Shown: positions 17,353-27,870 of the stretch, in pieces
Layout of the letters: every line of letters starts with the position of its first letter
How positions within the stretch are numbered: position 1 is the first letter of the stretch
NCBI GenBank assembly: GCA_016198685.1
Contig: JACQID010000004.1
Coordinates: forward strand, 117,864-181,863
Direction: 5' to 3'
From: Candidatus Aenigmatarchaeota archaeon
GTDB lineage: Archaea > Aenigmatarchaeota > Aenigmatarchaeia > GW2011-AR5
Length of the DNA: 64,000 bases
Notes under the pieces: model-generated
Database searches by the model: none
Seen by the model: only the letters and a program-made list of their open reading frames with translations
What the model was told of the DNA's origin: nothing
Made by a program: the position numbers and the translations under genes

Positions 17353-19523
17353 ATTTCACCTTGTTCATTTATACTTGGCTCTGAAACAACGGGTTCTGAA
17401 GGCTCCCTTCGTGCAGGCGGTTGCGGGTTATTGAAGCCGGATTGAGGCTGGCCCTGGAAAGGCTGTGGCTGAGAGAAGCTTTCACCCTCAAAACCTTGGT
17501 CAGGTGCCGGGTTCCTCGGCCTGAAATTATCTCCCTGAGCTGGGTACTGGATACCCGGACCTTGATTATCTATTGGCATGTAAGGATCTCTGTAATTGTC
17601 GCCGAACTCATCGCTAAAACCGGGTTGCCTGAAGTTTCCAGGTGGAGGCCTGCCGAATTGCTGATCCTGCAGGTCAGTTCTGAATTCATCATCTCTTCTC
17701 ATCCCCTGCTGGCTTCTGTAATCTTGTGGAATTGGCTGATACTGGTCATATTGATTGTTATATTGGAACTGGCTTCTTCCTTCTATCAATGCGGTCAATC
17801 CCTGTTTCGCTTCAGGCGGAAGTCGGTTGCCAAAAGTATCCAGGCACTTTTTGGCGTTTTCGGCATTTTCAAAGCATGCCTGCTTGCAATCCTCGCCCTG
17901 GCATACTCCTTCAACTGCACCGCCTGCCTGAACGCCTTCCTGTTTCATCATCTCGTAAAGTGGCCCTTCACAGTAAGGCAAAACGTCGGTTTCAGGATCT
18001 CTTATGCCCAGGCTGTATTTCTCTATTTTGCATGTCATCGACTGGCTCTCGCTTCCTTGCGTCATGGTTGCCTGAAGTATGCACTTGTTATCTTCGAGTC
18101 CTGTAATCTCAACTGTAGGCCCGTTTCGTCCTTCAGGCAGGAATTTCACGGGGCTGCATATGCGGATTGCCTTGTCAAAGCACCTCTCATCAGTGCCGCA
18201 GTCACTGCCGCTCCCCGAAACTATATTTTGCACATCATCGTTTGAGCTAAGCATCACGTAAACTATGTCTTTTATGGCGACATCCTTGAGATATTTTATG
18301 TCATGTTTTATTTCTGTCATGTCTTCAATCGTAAGGGTGTCAAGCCTTTCTTTCATCTTGTCCTTTATGTCTTGAACGTTGCCCTTGGCAGATTGGAACA
18401 TGTCGGCAACCCTTCTGAATCTGTTCTCATCTGTTGAACCCGTTGATTTATAATAATCAGCGACATCATCTGCCTGCTTGGAAAGTTTATCAAGCTCGAC
18501 CACTAATTTTTCCAATTTGAATGCTATTGACAGTACTTCGGTTGAGTCCGGCACGTTGGAAGGTCTTTCCACGTAGACATCGTTCTCGTCACCCTGACGG
18601 ACGCATTCAGCAAAACTTACGCAGCCGTTGCGGTCTCTTTTGACTATCATCTCGCCGCCGTTCTGATGGCAAGTGCTATACGCAGCATCTTCGACATTCT
18701 GCCTGCAATAATTCTGTTCTGCGCATCTGTAGAAAATGCAGCCGCTTTGGTCAAAATCTTTTGTTATGCTCAGGCCGCGAGAGCTGCACTCATTTTCAGC
18801 CGTTACGCGGGATTGCTGAGTGCTTGGGCATATCTTATTTTGTTCTGTCTGTATGCATGATGCAACGCCGCATCCGTTTTCCTGTCTTACAACGCCCTTG
18901 AGACCTGAAGACTCGCAGCTTCTGAGTGTCGTATCTATCTGTTCGCGGGAGGGGCATTGATCATATTTCTTAAATAGCTGGCCCTGCAGTTGCCCGCCTT
19001 GGTCGAATTGGCAATAGAACATATCGCATCCGTTAGGCGATTTGGAAAATTGGGGCATTCCGCCGCCGTTCCTGCATGCATCAATGCTTTCTTTGGGTGC
19101 AGGCTGGCAGGAGACCGCTCCTTCGCATATGACTCTTACAAAACCGGTCTCGTCACGTTCTTCTCTGCATCCGGGAGGCGGACCTCTGTGCTCAGGAACA
19201 GTTTGGGGAGGCATGCCTTCAGTATCACCACCTTCTTGAGTTCCGTCAGGAGTATCTGCCTCTTGTCTGCTATTTGCATCTTCCGTATCTCCGGCAGGCA
19301 TTTCTTCAGAGGAAGGTTCGGAAATATCATTCGTTGATTCTTCATTTGCAGGCTCCGAAGGTGGTGTTGATTCTTGAGGCGTTGATTCTTCATTTGCAGG
19401 CTCCGAAGGTGGTGTTGATTCTGCTGGCGGCTCTGCAGTTTCGGTCTGGGCAGACGAAACAGAAAGAATTAATATCGCAGCGGCAAATAGAATGAATATG
19501 CTTTTTGTGGAGTTATTGGCCAT
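17349..19523 (-). CDS. large secreted cysteine-repeat protein with P/E/S/T repeats, a coiled-coil segment and a Q/N/P/Y-rich C-terminal low-complexity tail
   Basis: Start moved to ATG 19523 (MANNSTKSIFILFAAAILILSVSSAQT signal peptide). Four ~35-aa repeats of type C..NGC...[FY].C..Q. The final ~140 aa are rich in Q, N, P, G, F, D and Y. No C-terminal TM. Confidence 0.7.
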   Translation of the reverse strand: MANNSTKSIFILFAAAILILSVSSAQTETAEPPAESTPPSEPANEESTPQESTPPSEPANEESTNDISEPSSEEMPAGDTEDANSRQEADTPDGTQEGGDTEGMPPQTVPEHRGPPPGCREERDETGFVRVICEGAVSCQPAPKESIDACRNGGGMPQFSKSPNGCDMFYCQFDQGGQLQGQLFKKYDQCPSREQIDTTLRSCESSGLKGVVRQENGCGVASCIQTEQNKICPSTQQSRVTAENECSSRGLSITKDFDQSGCIFYRCAEQNYCRQNVEDAAYSTCHQNGGEMIVKRDRNGCVSFAECVRQGDENDVYVERPSNVPDSTEVLSIAFKLEKLVVELDKLSKQADDVADYYKSTGSTDENRFRRVADMFQSAKGNVQDIKDKMKERLDTLTIEDMTEIKHDIKYLKDVAIKDIVYVMLSSNDDVQNIVSGSGSDCGTDERCFDKAIRICSPVKFLPEGRNGPTVEITGLEDNKCILQATMTQGSESQSMTCKIEKYSLGIRDPETDVLPYCEGPLYEMMKQEGVQAGGAVEGVCQGEDCKQACFENAENAKKCLDTFGNRLPPEAKQGLTALIEGRSQFQYNNQYDQYQPIPQDYRSQQGMRRDDEFRTDLQDQQFGRPPPGNFRQPGFSDEFGDNYRDPYMPIDNQGPGIQYPAQGDNFRPRNPAPDQGFEGESFSQPQPFQGQPQSGFNNPQPPARREPSEPVVSEPSINEQGEI
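19332..19427. repeat. 2 x 48-bp tandem repeat inside the secreted protein gene
   Basis: CGTTGATTCTTCATTTGCAGGCTCCGAAGGTGGTGTTGATTCTTGAGG repeated from 19332 and 19380. It encodes the PPSEPANEESTPQEST repeat. Confidence 0.7.
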
Positions 19524-19569
19524 ACAGAGTTTTGGATTTGAGTGATATATATAGTTATCGTGATTTGGC

Positions 19570-20049
19570 ATGAAAACTGAATTGATTGCGCTTGCAGGGA
19601 TTGGATTATTTTTACTTATTGTTTTGGTTCGCCCGACCGCTCCTGCTTCTTTGCCGGAGATATCAGTCGAGGGTTTCGTGCCCGTGAAAATAGAAATCAA
19701 CGGAAGCGATATGATATTGTCAGGCGAATGCAGAAGCATCTTAATGGCAGTAAGCGAACATCAGGCGCTTTCCATCGCAAGTGCATTGAACAACGAATAT
19801 TATATCAGGCCGCTCACGCACGATCTTATGAGAGACATATTTGAGAATTATAAGATAGAACTGAATTCGGCAAGAATAGATTCTTTTACAGACGGTGTAT
19901 ATACTGCCAAGATATACGTGACCAAGGATTCAAAAATTCTTGAAATGGATGCAAGGCCAACCGATGCGGCAGGAATTGCATTGAGGATGGGAGTGCCGCT
20001 CTATTTCAATGAAGATCTATTGAAGATCAACGGTGAAAAAATATGCTGA
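19570..20049 (+). CDS. membrane-anchored bifunctional-nuclease (BFN/DUF151) domain protein
   Basis: N-terminal TM helix. HQALSIASAL, RPLTHDLM, ARIDSFTDGVYTAKI and EMDARPTDAAGIALRMGVPLY match the DUF151 pattern. Confidence 0.55.
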   Translation: MKTELIALAGIGLFLLIVLVRPTAPASLPEISVEGFVPVKIEINGSDMILSGECRSILMAVSEHQALSIASALNNEYYIRPLTHDLMRDIFENYKIELNSARIDSFTDGVYTAKIYVTKDSKILEMDARPTDAAGIALRMGVPLYFNEDLLKINGEKIC

Positions 20050-20792
20050 ACAATCGTCAGGGGATGAACAACAATATGGTTGCAGCAGGCTTCATATTCA
20101 TATTCATTGCTGGGCTCGCTGGCGGATATTATTATCACAATCTGCAGAATGAGAGCGTAGGGGTCATAGTTGACGAGCAGGATAGCCGGACAGTAGAAAT
20201 GATCATAGCTGCGGTTGATTCCGAAGGAAAGGGCGTCACGGGCAAGCTCTTCACAACAGTGCGTCCGGCTGCGTCACCGGGCTCTGGACAGGTTCTTGTC
20301 AGCGTAAACAACGTTCTCTCGCAGCTTGACACACAGGCTTCAGCAAGGACTGCCGTTCATGCCGCAGGCAGATATACTGACAAGAAGATTAGCGACTACG
20401 ATGTCATCTATGTCATGGAGGTCAATGCACGTTCGATAGAAGGGCCGTCTGCAGGTGCAGCCATGGCCGTTTCGGCGTTAGCTGCATTGAATAACCGGCT
20501 CATAGACCCGCACGTTTCAATAACCGGCGCCATAAGAGAGGATGGCACGATAGCGCCGGTGGGGGGAGTTGAAGAAAAATTCGCAGCGGCAAAAAATGCC
20601 GGCATACGCGTATTCCTCGTGGCCGGCGGTCAATCCGTTGAGAGCACTGCCGAAAGATCCAAAACATGTACTACATCCAACGGTTATGAATATTGTAAGG
20701 TATCTTATAGCGTCAAAAAAACCAGCATAAGTGATGACTTAAAAGAAGTCTCGGATATTGGCGAGGCTTTGGAATATTTTGTCAAGAACTAA
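20043..20792 (+). CDS. membrane-anchored Lon C-terminal-like (S16) serine peptidase domain protein
   Basis: N-terminal TM helix. GPSAGAAMAVSALAAL (catalytic Ser) and GGVEEKFAAAKNAG (Lys). ITGAIREDGTIAPVGG. Overlaps the previous gene by 7 nt. Confidence 0.6.
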   Translation: MLNNRQGMNNNMVAAGFIFIFIAGLAGGYYYHNLQNESVGVIVDEQDSRTVEMIIAAVDSEGKGVTGKLFTTVRPAASPGSGQVLVSVNNVLSQLDTQASARTAVHAAGRYTDKKISDYDVIYVMEVNARSIEGPSAGAAMAVSALAALNNRLIDPHVSITGAIREDGTIAPVGGVEEKFAAAKNAGIRVFLVAGGQSVESTAERSKTCTTSNGYEYCKVSYSVKKTSISDDLKEVSDIGEALEYFVKN

Positions 20793-23310
20793 TTTCTTTT
20801 CTTTTTATAGACGATTGGGCGGCTGCAAGCCTTGCAATCTTTATACTGTAAACCGAGCATGACACATAATCAAGTCCAAGAGAATCGAAGAATTTTATCG
20901 ATGCCGGATCGCCTCCATGCTCGCCGCATACACTCATCCTGACATTTTTTCTCTTGCCTGCCACGCTAGCTATCCTGATCAGTGCTCCCACGCCATTTTT
21001 ATCTATGGTCAAGAAAGGGTTTTCTTCAAGCAGGTGGCTTTCGAGGTATCTTGCCAGGAATTTTTTTTCAGCATCGTCACGCGAAAAGCCGTATGTAGCC
21101 TGCGTAAGATCGTTAGTCCCGAAAGAAAAGAATGCAGCGTAGTCAGCGATCCGGTCTGCCGTGATGCAGGCTCTCGGCAGTTCAATCATTGCACCAATAG
21201 AGTAATTGGCCCATTTCTTCTGTTTTGCCATGAAATCCGCGGCAGCCTTGTCAATAATGCTTCTCGTTTCCTTCATTTCTTCCCATGAGCTGACAAGCGG
21301 AATCATTATTTCGGGAGTAGCCCCTGTTTCCATCGCAGCCGCGATTATTGCCTTTGTCTGCATAGCGTATATTTCCGGAAACATTATGCCGAGCCTGCAG
21401 CCCCGGAGACCCATCATAGGATTCTTTTCTTTTAGGGACATGACATTTTCCAGCATCCTTTCTTTTTCTGCGGTATTCTGCCCTTCTTTTTTGAGCAAAG
21501 CAAGCTCCTCTTTCAGCTTATCCGGATCCGGCAAAAATTCGTGGAGTGGAGGATCAAGGAGTCTTATGGTTACAGGAAGACTTCCCATAATTTTGAATAT
21601 CCCGATGAAATCCTGCTTCTGGAATTCCATCATCTTTTCCAGGCTCTTGCCTTTATCGTCTTCCATTATCATCTTCTGAATTTCTTGAAGACGCTCGCCG
21701 AAGAACATATGCTCTGTCCTGCAGAGTCCTATGCCGCGCGCTCCGGCTTTTATCGCCTTTTCAGCGTCCTCTGGATTGTCGGCATTCGCAAAAACTCTGA
21801 TGCTGGCAAAAGAATCGCACCATGAAAGCAGTGTGTTAAAATATTTGGATGCTGCAGGTTCGCCCATCAATACTTCGCCTTCTATGATGTCTCCTGTCGA
21901 GCCGTCTACTGTGATTATGCTCCCTTCGGCAACCGAAACGCCTCCCGCAGAAATATTGCGGCCTGCGTAGTCTAATTTTATCCCGGCACTGGTTATGCAA
22001 GGCATCCCCATGCCTCTTGCTATTACTATAGCATGCGAAGTCGCTCCGCCGCCAGCCGCTACGAGCGCTTGGCAGGAAGGTATGACAGGTATATCGTCTG
22101 GTGATGTATCTTTGACTACAAGTATGACTTTTCTGCCTTTTGCCGTCAGTTCGGCAGCTTTTTGCGTATCGAATATTATTTCTCCTGATGCTGCGCCAGG
22201 CGATGCGCCAATGCCCTTTGCTATCGTGCGTTTCTCTGCCGACGGGTCTATCCGTTTTTGCAAAAGTCTTCTTGCTTCATAAGGATCGACCCTCATTATA
22301 GCTTCTTCGCGCGTTATCAGGCCTTCTTCCGCCATCTCGACTGCCGCGCGCACTGCAGCTTCCGATGTTCTTTTGGCTCTTGCAACTTCGAGAATGTAAA
22401 GCTTGCTTTTCTCGATGGTGAATTCCATATACTGCATGTCCCTGTAATGCGATTCAAGAAGTGACGCTATCGTGCCTATCTCTGCGTATGCCGATGGAAA
22501 GATATCCTTCATGCGGTCTATCGGCTCAGGCGTCACGATGCCTGATACGAGGTCTTCGCCTTGCATGCCGCTGATGAATTCCCCGTAAATCTTCTTCTTG
22601 CCGGTTGACGGATCCCGCGAAAAGCATACGCCGGTGCCGGAGGCGGGCAGATTTCCGTAAATCATGCTCTGAACTATGCATGCTGTGCCTATGGCGCTGT
22701 CAATGCCATTTTTCTTCCTGTAATCTGCCGCTTTCGGCGAATTCCACGAGCGGAACATGCCCCGTACGCATTCAAGTATCTGCTCTTCGGCATCCTGTGG
22801 GAAAACGTGTTTTTCCGATTCTATAATCCTCTTGAAAGATTCGCAGTCGTTTTTTGCGCTGGCCGTTGACTTGAACCTTTCTGGAGGTATGCCAAGTATC
22901 ACGATGCCGAAAGTTTTTATGAAACGCGCGTAAGAATTATACGCAAAGTTTTCCCCGCTTTGTTGCGCAAAAATTTTCACCGTTTGATCATTCAGGCCTG
23001 CATTGAGGATGCTTTCAACTATTCCCGGCATGGAAATTTCAGAACCATGACGGACTGAGACTGTACGCCCCTCTCCGAATTTTTTATCCGTGCCATCCTC
23101 AAGGCACGGAAGCCGCGCCCTTATTTGCTCTTCGCATTCTTCAGGCAGCCTGCCTGAGCGTAGGAAATATGCGCAGGCATCCGTCGTCACAATGAATCCA
23201 GGGGGAACGGGCAAGCCCATACCGGTCATTTCTGCAAGATTCGCGCCCTTTTCTCCAAGAAGTCCGGATGCATTAGCCGTACCCTCGCGCAGAGTGTAGA
23301 CATATCTCAT
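20782..23310 (-). CDS. ppdK: pyruvate, phosphate dikinase
   Basis: N-terminus MRYVYTLREGTANASGLLGEKGANLAEMTGMGLPVPPGF. Phosphohistidine region GGGATSHAIVIARGMGMPCI. PEP-utilising C-terminal barrel (FGTNDLTQ). 842 aa. Confidence 0.85.
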   Translation of the reverse strand: MRYVYTLREGTANASGLLGEKGANLAEMTGMGLPVPPGFIVTTDACAYFLRSGRLPEECEEQIRARLPCLEDGTDKKFGEGRTVSVRHGSEISMPGIVESILNAGLNDQTVKIFAQQSGENFAYNSYARFIKTFGIVILGIPPERFKSTASAKNDCESFKRIIESEKHVFPQDAEEQILECVRGMFRSWNSPKAADYRKKNGIDSAIGTACIVQSMIYGNLPASGTGVCFSRDPSTGKKKIYGEFISGMQGEDLVSGIVTPEPIDRMKDIFPSAYAEIGTIASLLESHYRDMQYMEFTIEKSKLYILEVARAKRTSEAAVRAAVEMAEEGLITREEAIMRVDPYEARRLLQKRIDPSAEKRTIAKGIGASPGAASGEIIFDTQKAAELTAKGRKVILVVKDTSPDDIPVIPSCQALVAAGGGATSHAIVIARGMGMPCITSAGIKLDYAGRNISAGGVSVAEGSIITVDGSTGDIIEGEVLMGEPAASKYFNTLLSWCDSFASIRVFANADNPEDAEKAIKAGARGIGLCRTEHMFFGERLQEIQKMIMEDDKGKSLEKMMEFQKQDFIGIFKIMGSLPVTIRLLDPPLHEFLPDPDKLKEELALLKKEGQNTAEKERMLENVMSLKEKNPMMGLRGCRLGIMFPEIYAMQTKAIIAAAMETGATPEIMIPLVSSWEEMKETRSIIDKAAADFMAKQKKWANYSIGAMIELPRACITADRIADYAAFFSFGTNDLTQATYGFSRDDAEKKFLARYLESHLLEENPFLTIDKNGVGALIRIASVAGKRKNVRMSVCGEHGGDPASIKFFDSLGLDYVSCSVYSIKIARLAAAQSSIKRKEISS

Positions 23311-23438
23311 GGATTAATAATGGCTTTCGTATTTAATAAATGAGGAAAATATTCATTTAGGTTATAAAAATCGCAGGTTTCTTTTGAGATAATTTATTAT
23401 TTCCTCTTGCCAAACTTTCTTTCACTCTCGATCCAGCC

Positions 23439-25013
23439 TTATTTGGCGTTTTCAGCGAACCTCATGGATCTTTTTTTCCTGTTGTAGGTGACAGCAAACC
23501 TATGCGTCTCGTCTCTTATTGATCTTACGAGAAGCATCATCGAAGAGTTCTTGGGAAAGCGCATGGGTATCTCGTTCTCCGGCGTGAAGATCTCTTCATC
23601 TTTTTTAGCAAGTGATATTATCGGTATTTTAAGACCGAGATCTTTCAATGCGCCAAGCGCGGAATTCAGCTGCCCCGGCCCGCCGTCTATGATTATAAGA
23701 TCCGGCATAGAGTCATTCTGGTCGCGGAGTCTGCGGTATCTCCTGTGCACCACTTCTTTCATGGCTGCAAAATCGTCACTTTTTCCGCTAAAGGTCTTTA
23801 TTTCAAACTTCCTATAACCCTGCTTATCCTTTGCGCCTTCGGTGAATCTCACCATTGAAGCGACAATGTAGTCATATCCAAGATTAGAGATATCAAAGCA
23901 TTCAATGATTCTTGGCAGTGAAGGCAAATTCAGCTTCTCTTGGAGTTCATTCAACGCCTTATTGCCTATTTTCAGCGCGGCATTCTTTTCTGCAATGGCT
24001 ACAAGTGCCATGTTTTCTTTTGTTTCCGGCGGAAGAAGTCTTATGCTTCTTCCTGACAATTTTTCAAAATATGATTGAAGCGTCTCATCGTCCCAGAATT
24101 TCCTGTTGACTATTATCTCATCGGGGATTTCATTACTAAGATAGTAGGTTTTTATGAAATTCTCAAAGACCTCATTTTCAGATTCTTCAAAATGAGGCGT
24201 TATCATGTACTCATTTTTTCCCGAAATAACGCCGCGCTTTATATAAAATACCTCGAAGATGAAGCGTTCCCCGTCTTGAATACCGGCAATGACGTCCTGA
24301 TCGACCTTTTTGGCGATATTTATTTTCCGTTTTCCTGATACCCTGTCTATTATCTCTATCTGGCGTCTTTTTTCCAGGGCAAGCTCATACTTCATGGATT
24401 GGGAAGATGCTTTAAGTTCTTCATTGAGCTTGTTTCTCAAAGGCGATGTATCCCCGGAAAGAAATTCTATGGCATGACGAACCTGGTCTAGATATTGTTC
24501 ATGGCTGACCAGTTTGATGCATGGAGCTGTGCAGATTCCGATATAATAGTTAAGGCATGCTTTTCTTGGCAGTTTTTTGCAGGTGCGAAGCCGTAATGAC
24601 TTGACCAGAAGCTCTATTGTATCATCTCTTAGCCTTGAATCAATATACGGGCCGAAATAAGTTCCGTCTCCCTTGGCGTTCCTTGATATCATAACGCGCG
24701 GAAATTTTTCGTTGGTTATCTTGATATAAGCGTAGGTCTTTGAATCCTTGAGGGATATGTTATATTTCGGCCAGTGCTTTTTTATAAGCTGGTTCTCAAG
24801 AAGCAGAGCTTCAGTCTCGTTATTGACGACTATGAATTCTATGTCGTTTATTTTATGCACAAGTGCCTGAGTTTTTGCATTTTTCTTCCCTGAAAAATAA
24901 GATAAGACCCGCTTTTTAAGTATCTTGGCTTTGCCTATGTAGATTATTTTCCCAGACGAGTCCTTGAACAGGTAAACTCCGGGGTCATCCGGAACGTTCG
25001 GTATCATAATCAT
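23439..25013 (-). CDS. uvrC: excinuclease ABC subunit C (no C-terminal HhH region)
   Basis: GIY-YIG N-terminus GVYLFKDSSGKIIYIGKAKILKKRV ... ENQLIKKHWPKYNI. 524 aa. Stop is 3 nt before uvrA start. Confidence 0.85.
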   Translation of the reverse strand: MIMIPNVPDDPGVYLFKDSSGKIIYIGKAKILKKRVLSYFSGKKNAKTQALVHKINDIEFIVVNNETEALLLENQLIKKHWPKYNISLKDSKTYAYIKITNEKFPRVMISRNAKGDGTYFGPYIDSRLRDDTIELLVKSLRLRTCKKLPRKACLNYYIGICTAPCIKLVSHEQYLDQVRHAIEFLSGDTSPLRNKLNEELKASSQSMKYELALEKRRQIEIIDRVSGKRKINIAKKVDQDVIAGIQDGERFIFEVFYIKRGVISGKNEYMITPHFEESENEVFENFIKTYYLSNEIPDEIIVNRKFWDDETLQSYFEKLSGRSIRLLPPETKENMALVAIAEKNAALKIGNKALNELQEKLNLPSLPRIIECFDISNLGYDYIVASMVRFTEGAKDKQGYRKFEIKTFSGKSDDFAAMKEVVHRRYRRLRDQNDSMPDLIIIDGGPGQLNSALGALKDLGLKIPIISLAKKDEEIFTPENEIPMRFPKNSSMMLLVRSIRDETHRFAVTYNRKKRSMRFAENAK

Positions 25014-25016
25014 GAT

Positions 25017-27866
25017 TTAGAGCATTCGCTTTAAAAATTGGCCAGTATAAGACGCAGGTTCCATGGCAACTTCTTCCGGCGTTCCCATGGCTATTATTCT
25101 TCCTCCATCTCTTCCGCCTTCCGGGCCCATGTCTATCAGGTAATCGCAGGATTTTACGATATCAAGATTATGCTCGATGACAAGCACGCTGCTTCCTTTT
25201 TCAACCAGCCTATTGAGTACCATTATGAGCTTTCTTACATCCTCAAAATGCAATCCGGTGGTGGGTTCATCAAGCATATAGATCGTATCCCCTGTTTTTT
25301 GCTTTGATAGTTCTCTTGTCAGTTTTATTCTCTGCGCTTCGCCTCCTGAAAGCGTATTGGAGCTTTGCCCTAGCTTGATGTATCCCAGACCAACGTCGTA
25401 TAATGTCTTTATTTTTCTCGACATACCCGTGTGATTTTCAAAGAATTTCGTGGCGTCTTCAACGCTCATGTCAAGAACATCAGATATGTTTTTTTCTTTG
25501 TAGGTGATTGCAAGAGTCTCCTTGTTGTACCGTTTGCCTTTGCAGTCTTCACATTGCACATAAACATCGGGTAAAAAGTTCATTTCTATTTTTATTACGC
25601 CGTCCCCTTTGCAGCTCTCGCAGCGCCCGCCTTTGACATTGAAGGAGAATCTCCCTTCTTTGTATCCTTTGGCGCGGGCGTCTTTGGTGGAAGAAAAAAT
25701 CTTTCGGATTTCATCGAATATTTTGGTATAAGTAGCTGGATTGGATCTCGGTGTTTTTCCTATAGGATCTTGGTCTATGACTATCACATTTTTGACCGAT
25801 TTCGGGATTTCTATGCCGTTGTTTTTCCCTATTTTCTCGGCGATCATGCCGGCATGCTTCTTCAGTAAGGGAACAAGCGTCTGGTTTATCAGGGTCGATT
25901 TTCCGGATCCTGATACACCCGTTATTCCGCAAAGCACGCCTGTCGGCAACGAAACGTATATGTTTTTCAGATTATTCTCGGAAGCGCCTTTTACAACTAT
26001 GAAGTCTTTTGGTTCTCTTCTGTGCTCTGGTATCTCTATTTTTGTATGTCCTGAAAGGTAGCGGCCGGTTATGCTGTTCTTGTCTTTGGCTATATCATCA
26101 GGTGTTCCCTGTGAGGCAACATGACCTCCATGCACGCCTGCGCCGGGTCCCATGTCAATTATATAATCCGCGGCCTTTATCGTGTCGTAATCGTGTTCGA
26201 CAACTATGAGCGTATTTCCTATGTCCCTGAGCCTCTGAAGGGTTGCAATAAGCTTGTTATTGTCCCTTTGATGCAGCCCTATGGAGGGCTCATCAAGAAT
26301 GTAAAGAACGCCCATGAGGTTCGATCCTATCTGCGTTGCAAGACGTATTCGCTGCGCTTCGCCGCCCGATAGGGTCTTTGAGCTTCTCGAAAGCGACAGG
26401 TAGCCAAGGCCTACGTTTGTAAGAAAGCTGATTCTGTCATTGATTTCCTTGAGTATCTGCTTTGATATTATCTTGTCTTTTTCCGAAAGGCTCTCTGCAA
26501 GATGGATGAAAAATTTGGCGCAAGCATCCAGGTCCATCTCCGTAATGTCAATTATGGATTTTCCTGCTATGCTGACCGAAAGCACGGTTTCCTTGAGCCT
26601 CTTTCCTTCGCATACGCGGCATAGCTTCCCTATCATGAATCTTTCAAGGTCTTCCTTTCTTTCGTCGGATTCTGTCTGTTTGTACAGTCTTAGCGTTTGG
26701 GGTATTATTCCTTCCCAGCCGTTTTCCATGTTCATTGAAGCGCCGTTGCTCCATCTGCCGTCTATTCTTTCAGTCGTTCCATTAAGAAGTACATCGAGTT
26801 GTTTTTTTGAAAATGCAGATATGGGGGTGAAAATGTCGAATCCGAATTTTTTCCCGACAACAGCAATCTGCTGGCATCTCCATTGCAAATCCATTCTCCC
26901 ATAGACCGCAATGGTGCCATCAATGATAGATTTGCTTTTATCCGGAATCAAGAGATCCTGCGATATTTCCAGCGTTTCTCCGAGGCCCAAGCACCCCGCG
27001 CACGCGCCGAAAGGGGAATTAAATGAGAACATTCTGGGTTCTAGCTGCTGGAACAAAACTTCAGGATGCTTGGGGCACGCGCCGAAAGTTGAATAGATTG
27101 TCTCACCTGCGCCTCGTTGTATCTCTTTTGTTTTCTTTTGTATTTTAGCCGGGTCAAGAATTATTACGGTTCCCTTGCCGGCATGCACCGCCTGCTCAAC
27201 GTCTTCCGATATTCTGGAGCGATTATCGTCGCTGGCCTCCAGCCTGTCCACAACCGCTTCTATCCAGTGCTTTTCATAGCGAGCTAATTTCATATTATCT
27301 TTTATCTCATCAAGCCTGCATATTTCTCCGTCAATGCGCACGCGGCTGAATCCGTCTGATAACATTCCTTCGAAAATTTTCTCATGGGCTCCTTTAACTC
27401 CGCTAATCAGCGGAGCAAGAATTATAATCTCCTTTTTTTCAGACATGATCAGGTTTACTATGTTTTCCACTGACTGCGGCCTGATTTGGGATTTGCACTT
27501 AGGGCAGTGTATTGTCCCTATGCGTGCAAATAGAAGCCTGAGATAATCATATATCTCAGTTACCGTGCCTACCGTTGATCTTGGGTTTTTTGAGGTCGTT
27601 TTTTGCTCTATGGATATTGCAGGCGAAAGCCCATCTATCAAATCTATGTCCGGTTTATTCATCAATCCCAAGAACTGGCGGGCATATGCAGAAAGTGATT
27701 CGACATACCTGCGCTGGCCTTCGGCATATATTGTGTCAAACGCCAAAGTAGACTTCCCCGAGCCTGACATGCCCGTTATTACGACAAGCTTGTTCCTTGG
27801 TATTTCCACGTTTATGTTCTTCAGGTTGTGTTCCCTTGCTCCTCTCACTACTATTTTATCCAGCAT
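25017..27866 (-). CDS. uvrA: excinuclease ABC subunit A
   Basis: Two ABC ATPase modules ([28 protein letters not shown] x2). Zn-finger cysteines. 949 aa. Confidence 0.95.
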   Translation of the reverse strand: MLDKIVVRGAREHNLKNINVEIPRNKLVVITGMSGSGKSTLAFDTIYAEGQRRYVESLSAYARQFLGLMNKPDIDLIDGLSPAISIEQKTTSKNPRSTVGTVTEIYDYLRLLFARIGTIHCPKCKSQIRPQSVENIVNLIMSEKKEIIILAPLISGVKGAHEKIFEGMLSDGFSRVRIDGEICRLDEIKDNMKLARYEKHWIEAVVDRLEASDDNRSRISEDVEQAVHAGKGTVIILDPAKIQKKTKEIQRGAGETIYSTFGACPKHPEVLFQQLEPRMFSFNSPFGACAGCLGLGETLEISQDLLIPDKSKSIIDGTIAVYGRMDLQWRCQQIAVVGKKFGFDIFTPISAFSKKQLDVLLNGTTERIDGRWSNGASMNMENGWEGIIPQTLRLYKQTESDERKEDLERFMIGKLCRVCEGKRLKETVLSVSIAGKSIIDITEMDLDACAKFFIHLAESLSEKDKIISKQILKEINDRISFLTNVGLGYLSLSRSSKTLSGGEAQRIRLATQIGSNLMGVLYILDEPSIGLHQRDNNKLIATLQRLRDIGNTLIVVEHDYDTIKAADYIIDMGPGAGVHGGHVASQGTPDDIAKDKNSITGRYLSGHTKIEIPEHRREPKDFIVVKGASENNLKNIYVSLPTGVLCGITGVSGSGKSTLINQTLVPLLKKHAGMIAEKIGKNNGIEIPKSVKNVIVIDQDPIGKTPRSNPATYTKIFDEIRKIFSSTKDARAKGYKEGRFSFNVKGGRCESCKGDGVIKIEMNFLPDVYVQCEDCKGKRYNKETLAITYKEKNISDVLDMSVEDATKFFENHTGMSRKIKTLYDVGLGYIKLGQSSNTLSGGEAQRIKLTRELSKQKTGDTIYMLDEPTTGLHFEDVRKLIMVLNRLVEKGSSVLVIEHNLDIVKSCDYLIDMGPEGGRDGGRIIAMGTPEEVAMEPASYTGQFLKRML

Positions 27867-27870
27867 AATA

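Noticed and set aside
17421-18245. 274-aa plus-strand ORF
   Set aside because: It is antisense to the large secreted-protein gene. The minus-strand product has coherent signal-peptide and repeat architecture.
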